A DNA stretch of 61,536 nt, the filler included, from Sphacelaria rigidula (taxonomy: Eukaryota): the NCBI GenBank assembly GCA_964200075.2. It is 2 parts of 2 records of this genome, joined end to end, with 100 filler letters (N's around TTAATTAATTAA, not from the genome) between each part and the next. Parts side by side here need not be neighbours in the genome. Positions count along the whole stretch, not along the records: positions 1 to 30,756 come from CAXNAA020000057.1; positions 30,857 to 61,536 come from CAXNAA020000058.1. The stretch is one strand, 5' to 3'. Of the stretch, positions 26,865 to 37,039 are shown one piece after another. Position 1 is the first letter of the stretch; each line of letters begins with the position of its first letter. The position numbers were made by a program, and so were the translations under genes. The notes beneath the pieces were generated by a model. The model did no database searches, was not told where the DNA came from, and saw nothing but the letters and a program-made list of their open reading frames with translations.

Positions 26865-29831
26865 CTTGGCAAAACGTGACAAAAGATCGGAAGAAAACTC
26901 TCGTCTGTACAGAGAACAAGAGAGTTCGGATTATGGTGGACCACCCCAACCCATGGGTTTGAGAGAACCTCAAACAACATCGTATTTGGATGCAGCTATC
27001 CTTGCGGGGTAAAAATGTCAGCGATATGCAATCGTGTACTTTTACACCCGGAATTGATCCCAGGCTAGCAGGTTTTGATACTCGTGTTTTCTTGATCGTA
27101 GTCACCCACGTTGTTGGTATGATGTAGTATCCTGGAAACAAATCTTCTTCACCGTCCACATGCCCCGACTTTGTTGCTGTGGGATACATCCGTGTCGTCC
27201 GAGTATACGTCTAGTTTCCTTATTGTCCCATTCGGACCGTTAAGCTGACGCCGGATTTCCTCGTGGGGCGAATCAGGCAGTAGGGTGGCTACGTGCCCGT
27301 CTTCGCTTGTCCTATTCTTGTTGAAGATTGTATTGGTTGTGGTTCTTTAGTTTGGCCGTTCTCGACTCGGTTTCCGCCGTGCCACAACGATTGGTCGACC
27401 TTGTCGCACTTCGTCGTCAGCACCATGTGGGAGGTCAGCCGAAAGGATTGTATCCTTCAAGTCGCAAACGACACGTACAGTTGTTGGGGCCCTCTGTGCA
27501 GGCCCCATGGGTAGTTCATCATAAGGTCGGCATCGTAGTGCTCGATTTGCTTTTACGCTTTGTTTGGGTGGCTTACCTTACGTCGTAGATGTAATCTACA
27601 AGAGAAACAACTCGATCAATTGTTGAAGTTTGGTGCGGCAGCATTCGCTCCTTGATGATGAGTCTTCAAGTGGGGGAAGTGAACCGATGCGCTTCTAGCA
27701 GCACCTAGTGCGGCATACGGCACGCACGTCACTTAATTCACTCGCGATACGCCGTCGGTGATATTCGAGGGTAATATGGGCACGGACCGCGCCGTGATAG
27801 TTGGAGTATCTGATCTTAATTTTCCGTATCTGGACACCTCTGGCTGGCAAAAAATGTTGTTACTAGGTTTCATCGCTGAGTAAGATGTGAATCGTTTCTC
27901 CTCGTATTTGACTGTTTTCTGCACGCCCTAGTTGCGAACTGTGACTCGTGAGTCCAGACGTTTGTGGTATTGTACTTCTGTTGTTCTTCATCAACTTCAT
28001 CGCGATGGCTGCTGCCTGCCTTTTCTGGATACCAAGTAGAATTGAGAACTGGTTTGTCTAAGTGGCTAACTGGCTGCAAAAAATTACCACCAGTTACAGT
28101 CATCAGTTAAAACAGGATAACTAGCGGCGAAGCCGCCCCACGACTTCGACAGCGTTGCCTGGCAGGACAACGCGGCGGGGTTGCGTAAACGCCTCCCCCC
28201 GGCTGGTGAGGGGGCCCGCCAGAGAAAAATCAATTACTCCATTTGGGTACATCACTTCAAAATCGCGGTAATTCCCAGTCGCCTAGCGCCAGCAATTCGA
28301 ATACGCAACCGGTGCACAAATAGACGTATAAAAAATACTTGGCGACTCGCGAGAGCGTGGCATTCCGCCCACGCCTCCTTACGCCCGCGTGCGAGAATAT
28401 AGGCGCCCCCCGGGCTTTGGAGCCCCCAGCAAGTCGCGCCTACATTCCTGACCGTCGGGGCGATCGCCGCGGGAGAAGTCGCCCACCCGGCCGACGGTGG
28501 CGGACCGCCCCGTCGTTTAGGACCCGTTCAAACTTCGAGTGAAAATTGTGCGCGCCCGCGGTCGACGGGCGTGTGTTGTGGCGGTTGTCCTGTAATCTCT
28601 GGCGGGCGTTCGTGACCCCTCAAGAGTTCAGAACGACAACGCGATGTTCTTGAACATAACGTCGCTCAACCGCGCCGGTGTGGAGTCGACATATGAGCCA
28701 GTTTCGCATGCTCAACTGTCGGCGTCGATTGCGCCCGGAAGAGGCTGACATTGGCATGACGACTTGGTGATGTGCAGCATAGTCCAGTCGGTGCAGTACA
28801 GAAAGATCAGTGGTGATGTAGTAGGAGGGCGGTGCTGTGGCTGCGCGACAGCGGTATCTCAAACTCGAGGTTTCCGGTACATTCGACAACGACAGTTGTA
28901 ATTCATGTCGCTCGCTGCAAGACCGGTCCCCGTGGAGTTTACAGTGTATTACGGTTGAATGATCCTTCGCCGCTCGGTGCCTTATCGTATACACGTTACT
29001 GTCGAATGTGCGGGGAACGTTGAGTATGATACACCCTTACTACATTACTATTATATCGATTGCACAGCCGCGGTACATGATCGTGAACGAATCTCTCTGA
29101 TCGTCGCCGCTTCGTGCGAGGTTTTGCGGGAAAGAATGCGTCGAGAATTTTGAATTTCTCCTCGAGGTGCCCGTCGATGACAACAATAGGCCGACATAAT
29201 CATTTTACAGTACGATCGGAGGAGCGCACTAACTACCTGCAGTGAACAGGAGTATCTCAGACATATTCAACGGTATATTGTTGTGCACAGTGGATTTGCA
29301 GGCGGTCATAAAACACATATGTGTGTGTCAACCCTGTCGACGTAGTCCGCAGATACCATCGCTTCATTGAAGTGTAGGTCCCATGACCCCAAAACGTATA
29401 TTTCAACTATCGCGAGCATTCGAGGTTGACATATCTAGACCACATGGAGCCTTCTTTTTCACGACATATTACTATGTTTTGCCGCACAGCGACGCGTGCC
29501 GTGCCAGTGTGCGATCGGAGCGTGAGCCCGTTTTTTCTGCTCCGTCTGTGGGAGGCGTTACACGTGCGGTACATTGTCGTGGACGGATATCCCTGACTGT
29601 CGTCGCGACACGCGAGCTTTTGCGGGAAAAAACATGCGTCGAGAGTTTCCGCTCGAAGTGCCGCCAAACGACAGCAGAGTCATAAGCTGATTTTATAGGA
29701 CGATACTAGAAGCGCGTCACCATCTGTAGAGTACAGGAGGAGTACTTGATACGTAATCACCAGTATACTGCGTATTCGTACTACAAATGGTTTTGCGGGA
29801 GATAATATAATATGAGTATATATCAAATTAA

Positions 29832-29966
29832 CCCTTAGACCGTGAAGTTAGTCTTCTGTTGAATTGGTTTCAATTTCCCGCGAGGTTACCCTCCTGTTGA
29901 ATCGATATCAATTCTGAGTGAAAAATGTATGCATGATCCAGAGAGACTAATCTCGCGGTCTAAGGG
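29832..29966. mobile_element. piggyBac-type MITE (TTAA TSD, CCC...GGG ends)
   Basis: ttaa|cccttagaccg ... cggtctaaggg|ttaa. Confidence 0.85.
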
Positions 29967-30324
29967 TTAAAGTGCGACAATCAATTGACCAATCAATCAA
30001 CCATGTCGATACAGTCCGCAGATATGTGGCCCTGTTTGGCATGCAGACCACACTACCATACCGCAAAACAAACGTGAAAGTCAAATACTGAGGGGTCGTC
30101 ACTATTGACGTGTCTAGCATGCATGTAACCTCTTTTTTTTGAAGATTTCATGTTTTGCAGCACCGTATACGTACCGGTCACTTGTGTTTGTCCACACAAA
30201 CAACGGTGCGGCGAACGGCAACAAATCACATATGTGTGCTTCCCGGCGCAGTCAGAGAGAAGTAGTGGTGCAGTACTGCGCCGCTTACTCATGAACTGTT
30301 GTTCTGTTTTCCTCGTGTCCCCAG

Positions 30325-30474
30325 GAGTTAAGCCTGATCACATTCCATTATTCTTATTCGGCACATGCAGGCCTTGTGGTGCGGCACGATATGGTAGGGT
30401 CGGAGAACAAGGCAGGCAGCACAGTACATCATTGTTTCAAGAACGATGTCGTATCTTGGTACCCCAGGGTATAA
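30325..30474 (+). CDS. Candidate terminal exon of the TRP-like gene
   Basis: Pyrimidine-rich acceptor ttttcctcgtgtccccag, phase 0, 49 open codons (ELSLITF...WYPRV) then TAA. The alternative is read-through of the previous exon to TGA at 26091. Confidence 0.35.
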   Translation, partial: ELSLITFHYSYSAHAGLVVRHDMVGSENKAGSTVHHCFKNDVVSWYPRV

Positions 30475-30645
30475 AATACATCGTGGAGTACAATGCACCA
30501 TTACAACGAATAACAGCCGATTTTAAACTTTGGGATTGAAACAAAAAATGAGGTTGAAGTCCCATTTCTCTACTGCAGAGAAGATACGAAAGAGTAACAC
30601 AGAGCGAAAGTATCTTCCTCCCCAAACCTCCGCAGCAGGATTTAA

Positions 30646-30747
30646 CCGTTAGACCGCGAGAGTAGGCCACCTGCTGAATCGGCATCAATATTCACTCGAA
30701 AAAAGTACACGTGGTCCAGATGGACTACCGCCACCGCGGTCCAAGGG
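30646..30747. mobile_element. piggyBac-type MITE, second shorter copy
   Basis: ttaa|ccgttagaccgcg ... cgcggtccaaggg|ttaa. Confidence 0.75.
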
Positions 30748-30756
30748 TTAAGCAAC

Positions 30757-30856
30757 NNNNNNNNNNNNNNNNNNNNNNNNNNNNNNNNNNNNNNNNNNNN
30801 TTAATTAATTAANNNNNNNNNNNNNNNNNNNNNNNNNNNNNNNNNNNNNNNNNNNN
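30757..30856. other. Assembly gap/linker N44-TTAATTAATTAA-N44
   Basis: Exactly 100 nt, with a central 12-mer that gives stops in all six frames. Confidence 0.95.
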
Positions 30857-30995
30857 AAAAAACGAGAAGGTATACCTTTTCTAGGCCATTGCTTTTTCTT
30901 ATTCTGCTCTCTTTTTTCTGCTCCTGACCACGGGCAGGGTTTTTGCAATCGGCTAATGTGAGATAATCAACCAATCAACCAATCAACCAATCAAT
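30857..30995 (+). repeat. Retroposon 3' end with (CAACCAAT)n tail
   Basis: Tail aatcaaccaatcaaccaatcaaccaatcaa; a related inverted piece lies near 7915-7990. Confidence 0.5.
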
Positions 30996-31321
30996 ACGCA
31001 GTCTAGCCCACGTCGGTGTGTACTCGCTGGTCCAATCTTTAGAAGCAACAGCCAAGTTTGTGCATATATATATATATATATATAATATGGACACGTGGAC
31101 GCGGGGGCGTTCAGGGGGCTATTACAGCATACCCCCGTGAAACACTTCACAGTACTGTACAGTACTGTATACGACTATTGTATGGCGCAACTCAGTAGTT
31201 TGTGGTTTTATACTGCAAAACATGTGCATCACAAGTCAGCTGTATTTGGAGATACTGCCGCTATGCCGTCAGCATCGTCACTCTCGACATCATCTGCTAT
31301 TTTTGTCAGCGTACAGCTATT

Positions 31322-31624
31322 AACAACGTTTTCGTGAGGTTGAGAGTAGAGTGCTGATTGAGAGTGGCTTTGGTAATCCGCTTTAACCTCGCCATTTATT
31401 TTCATTCTGTGTGTCCCTTTCTTTGCCTCCATCACTAGCGTGTGCTCACAGCTATACGTCGATATCCTACTCGGGGATATCAAGGGCCTCAGTGGCAAGC
31501 TACTAGAGAAAGCATATCGGGCCTCGTGGAGGGGGCCTTTCCGAACTGAAACGGTTCATTCACTAATTGACCGCTTGTCACTCTCAATCGTATCCTCCTC
31601 TCTCAATCTCACGAAAACATTGTT
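31322..31624. mobile_element. MITE family A (TIR aacaacgttttcgtgag.ttgagag)
   Basis: Terminal inverted repeats; opposite-orientation copies at 58301-58862 and 59443-59736. Confidence 0.8.
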
Positions 31625-31839
31625 TCTTATGGTAGTCAGCAATGTCCAGTGAGTCAGGAACTCTGCGCAGCTTAGTGTCACGGGAATCAAAGCCTATTGG
31701 GGTGATTGTACTGTGGTACTACCATGTTCCAGAGGACGAAACGAACGTTCGTAGTGTGTGGTAAGACTTTCCGCGTCGGTCTTTTCGTGATTTTTTTACG
31801 TTTTACGTTTGTCCTGTTACAAGAATTTGGCCTTTACAA

Positions 31840-31913
31840 TTAATATATAATTGATATACGCTTGGTATAAACTTGATATGCAATTGATCTACAGTTGATA
31901 CACAATTGATATG
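31840..31913. repeat. 11-bp minisatellite (AATTGATATAC-like), about 6-7 copies
   Basis: Direct reading. Confidence 0.75.
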
Positions 31914-34682
31914 AAGGATTCAGGTCTGGAATACGTGCACTCAAATACGAGAGGAACGATACTTGTCTGCGAGAATTACAGTTGTTTGTTCACGCACACT
32001 TTTTCATTCGAAGGTTACCAACCGTTGTAGCATTACCGGTATTATTTGGACGGGATATTTTTGGTTTAGGGTGTAGTAAATAATCGACCCTCTTGCGTCC
32101 GAATCCATTCACCTTGATGCAATTGATGTCCTTTGTTCTATACCGGGATAATAGGAACCAAAAGAACAAATAAACTCGAAGAAGCCCAACATAGCACACC
32201 TTCTGTACTGGCAGTCCGTGCAAGTATGTATAAATGATTTGACCTTGGTCTGTGTTGCCTCCACCGTGCAACGATTCCCTGTGCATTAACGCAAGCTGAC
32301 CCCCACGCTGCGGAAATATGGTCTATGATGTTGGGCAAGAAGATCGTCCCTCGTCAAATATTTCGATATATAATAACCTTTTCGCTAGATTGAGAGTCTA
32401 AACAGTTGATTAGTAGTGAGCTTTTGATAGGAACACACTGTTTCATGTGTCCCATGCATGGACGGAACATCAAGATGCTTGAACGCCAAGTGTAATAATG
32501 TCGATTCAACAGGATACCTACCCTAGCGGTCGGAAGGTCGTAGTATGGTTGCTTTGTGGAACACTTTTAGATTTATAGTCGTTAGCTGTACGAGTATAAA
32601 TAAGGGAAAATATGAAGTCTTGTTGAACTTACAATAAAATGTTGGGAATGGGGGTATCAACCATCGGAACATTTATCTCATTAATGCGCCTCTGTACATT
32701 GAGCAGGTTGCGTTACGTCGCGCATATTGGCATGCATCCCAATAGTGCTCTTCCGACTAATACGTTGAATTCGAGTGCAGTGTGTAAACCCTTCGCGATT
32801 TCGAAGAATCGTATATTGGATCGTTGTCTTTCGGATCATATATCCAACGCCTGACTTTTCGGAATGCCAACCCTTTGACCGCCAGAGTTCGTATTCTGGG
32901 TCACGCAGTAACTTTTCAAGTGCAAATGGGGTGAAAAGCTCACTCTCAATCAAATATTTGACTCTCACTCTGGCGAAGGGGTTGCTCTATATGAACAGCC
33001 TCCCCCTCCCCGTGCATTTATAGTACCAATCATTGCTTGTGCTGTCGGGTGCATAGTATAGTATACCCGTGTAGGGTGCATGGCATAGTATGCCGGTGCA
33101 CCCTCTTGGAACGTGCCCCAACCATACATTTATATTACATGCACAAATCAACTATTGTTCCTGGGGAGGATCAAGAAGAGTATATCGATGCGGGCTGGAT
33201 TGCGCATGCACGCGTAGCAAATTTCTACGTTACCGCAACACTAGAGCGTCCAAGAGACGAGACTGTGTCGCCGCTGGGAGCAGAGCGTTGAGCAAAAATA
33301 CACTTTGCTTCTCCAGTTGCTTTCAAATAAGTTGCAAGTTTAGTTGTTGCTCCACATCCGGTCACAAAAAAGCGATCAGGATCTGCTCCGGGGTCCTGCC
33401 TACGAGTACAGGAATCCCGTCATCAAGGATGGGATATGAAAAAGATGTCACAATCTGCTTTATACAGAAACGCTGGTAACCATCGTCTGTGTGATCGACA
33501 ATCCCAATGTGTGCGTGTTTTAGATCCCGAGTATGTTTCGCGGAGTTTGAAGCTGCTTTAGCGCAACAGGGGTCCTTGCTGAAAACTAGGTTTTTTGCCG
33601 TTGACCCGGCCAAAGGCGGGCCGGAAAACAGTGCGAAGAAAACATTATTTTGATGACTCGTTTCTTTGCTCGAAAATTCTAACTCGGGAAAACACAAGTA
33701 GCCTGTCCAGTACACCAGTTTGAAGTTCTGGCGGCTCTCAGAGTAATGGAGTCAACTGAGGATCAGAAGATTTCGCTGCCTGAGTAGGTGGTGACGGAAT
33801 ATGCAGGGTGCGATCGATATATCGCATGAGTTTCACGATTTTTTTTCTGTTCTTGCGCTGTCCTCCATAGGTCGGCACTATCTTTAACCTGGCGAACAAC
33901 CTCGCATGCGGCGTAATTGGGCTGCTGACAACGGCACCGTCCAGGCACGTTGCACTAGCGCGAGCGCTTGGTGCCTTGAAGTTCATCAGGGGAATGGTGA
34001 GTTGCTGTTTTGTGACCCTGCCCAACGAGCAATACGCCTTCACCCTTGCCGAAGTTTTGCGTGAGAGGATGTCAACATTTGTGTTCGAGAACGCAGAAAT
34101 TTCTGACCTCAGAATAACGCCGCAGCGGACTCCCCAGTATCTTCCTCGTATGGACATCGTTTTGAAAATATAAATTGAAATAGGCTTCATTAACTGAAAG
34201 TGGTCATCCATACGACTGCACCTTTCTGCAGTCAAGTGATCTCAGCTCGTAATTCAAAAACACACACCAACCGCATTTTCGCAGGCTTTCATACCCGAGC
34301 CGGTATTTCAACATATGGTTTTAATATCCACCTACGTATGCTGAAGGTGGAATGCAGCACACTCAAGTACGCGCACTGCCGACAGTAGAAACGAGCTTGG
34401 CCACCAAGTAGTTCAAACTGAACGTTACGTCGAAAGTCAACCGTTAGATGTCGAATTCTTCCACAGCCAAGGAAAGCAAATGATACAAACAACAACACTG
34501 CAAGGCAGCCAAAGATGCAGTCGATAATGCTATGGCATTCTATGTAGACCTATCTGGACTAAGAGCAAGGTTCTAGAGCTTCTCCAAGGCGTTCTTCCCT
34601 CTGTAGAGTACAGTAGCACCTAAAGCTGTGACGGTTTAAGAGACACAAAAGTTAGTCGTGGGGGTTCGATCCCCGTCGCTTT

Positions 34683-35047
34683 CACTCCGAGGAGGACGAC
34701 TCTCCTTGCCAGCGCTCTATCGACTGCCAACAGGAACTCTAATGTTGTCACTCTCACCGTACCCTTGCGTTACTCGTCTACCCCACCCATTTCCAGAGTG
34801 TGTGCACTGGGGTCCTTAGCGGTCAACTCCAAACATAGCCACCAGGTTACACCCCCACCCTTTTGCTTTGGGCCAATTTTTTACGGAGGTTTTCTCTCCT
34901 CTTTTTTCTTCAAAGAAAGTGCGTCCGACGGGAATCGAACCAGCGACTAACTTTTGTATCGGTTTAAGAGACAACCAACTAGACTACTCACCAGTCAGCG
35001 CTGACTGGTCAGTAGAATAGTTGGTTGTCTCTTAAACCGTCAAATAG
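34683..35047 (-). mobile_element. tRNA-derived SINE-like element, family C, with fold-back head
   Basis: Minus strand has A box tagtctagttgg and B box ggttcgattcc; an 80-nt palindrome at 34960-35039; body shared with 50940-51130. Confidence 0.7.
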
Positions 35048-35309
35048 CGTCGAGAGCACAGGAAGACGTGGGTATCGTTCTCGATCTTGTTTACATTCAA
35101 GTTGCTGCATATATTGGAGGATGGCTATTGTATGCGTAATGATGTGTTTGTAGGGACGAGAAGAAAGGGATCACTTTTGTTCAACGAAGACAGCGGTTGG
35201 TGTAACTGCTTGGGTCTTGAAGTCTCCGAAGCCCCTGCTGGGGAAGAAACCTTTGGAACAGTACTGTGACCTGTTCTGATTTCAGACCAGTCTACGATGA
35301 ACGTTTATT

Positions 35310-35620
35310 ATTCTCGCTACGGCTTGGAGACTTGAAGATGGAGTTGCTCAAATACACACAAAGTATTCGTTACAAGAAGTGTACATCACCTCCTTACACA
35401 CATCACGTATAAGATATCTAATGTTATCCTGCGGGAACGTCCAGCAACTCAACCTGTGGAGGACCTCACGTCCTAAACGGCATGTTAACATACACATCCT
35501 TCACCACGAGCACGTATACTGCTACATACACCCTGCAGCATCCCCAAAAGCTTCGCACTACTAGCAGTAGAGAACGAGCTTGACAGCCAGTAGATCCCGA
35601 AGGTGACGTCCACACTACCC
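35310..35620 (-). mobile_element. Degenerate Ty3/Gypsy LTR
   Basis: ggcttggagacttgaaga...ttcgtta and cagca...aaa.cttcgcact motifs shared with LTR 51684-52064. A partial copy also lies at ~34250-34430. Confidence 0.55.
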
Positions 35621-37039
35621 TTGGTCGTCTGCTGAATAATATACACGATCATGCAATATCATGAACGAAATTTGTCGCTGACGCTCAGCCTATGATGTTT
35701 CAATTGCTGAAATCCAGTAATCTCAACGCTGCTCAGTGAAATCCACGAGTTCGGTCAACGTTCATGATCTAGTCACTCGCGACTGGCTCCTGGCGCGAAC
35801 CCCCAATTTTGCTTTCTCGTTTTTCTTGCCACCATTCATTGGTAGGGGAGTATAATTTGGTTGCATCAAAATATTCCCTTACCCGCTTTGAAAAGTGATC
35901 CCATACCCAAACCCATGTTAAGAGTTACGAAAAAGCTGCTCCTGCCCAATTCAAAGAATAGTCCTCCACTCATAGCCATGTGAGACTGTTTGGTGCTATT
36001 CCGGAATGTTCCCCTCCACATCTTGAAAAAAATCCATCACGCATATCCATGTAAAATGTTACGGAAAATTCTGCTGGCCATATCCATGTGAAAAATACCC
36101 AAAATGTTATGCTTTTCAATATCCGTGTATGTAAAAACTTACCAAATGTATACGATATTCCATCAGCTTGCTACTGTTTCTTTGAAAAGCCACTGAACTG
36201 AGAGGATAGCATCGAACCGGGTGAAAAGCTCCGACCGAAAAATTTGTCGGAAAACTCTTGTAAATGCACAGTGCAGTACAGCCTATTTTGTGCCATGTAT
36301 GTACAGCACAAGAAACAGACCGCGGTGCAGCAGTACATGCTACACACCCTGCGTGTTGCCTCCAGGGCGGGGCCGACGCAAGCCCTGTCATTGGTGAGGA
36401 AAAAGACAGCAGGGCGGGGGCGACAGGCGATAGCTGCTGCCACCATACTGAAGAACATGCCCGCTGGTGCTCATTAACCCTTTCACCGCCAGAGTAGGTA
36501 ATCTGTTGGACCGGAATCACTTTTACTTCAGAAATGAGTTTGAGAGGGTCAAACCTTTGACCCTCACGGGTGTTCATCTGTTCGATTGGTACGACTTTTA
36601 CTTTGGAAATTACTGGAGAACTCAGATGATCCACCCCGGAGATCAAGCAGCTGGTAGGCAAGAAATTTCGAGTCACCCTCGCTCAGAAACATCGTCCCCT
36701 GCACATTATGGGTGGGCGGCGAAACGGTACGAACTGATCATCACGAAGGTTGCAGATTCTGACGTGAGTTGTTGACTACAATCTCTGCCGATGGAATGGT
36801 GCCTATTGAGACCAACACAGGTTTGGCCTACGAGATCGTACACCATCTCTGCCACTAAAGCCATAGTGAGTGATACATGACATGTCTATCATCGGTGCAT
36901 CGATGCTTTGCCCCGGCAGCTGCCACCGATACATCGTCTGTTGCTGTACAAAACATTGTCTTTCGACATTGTTGCTGCATGGTGCGTTTTTTCCTATGGA
37001 CTTAGAACAAGATCACAGAACTGCGCCAATGGCTGTCAT

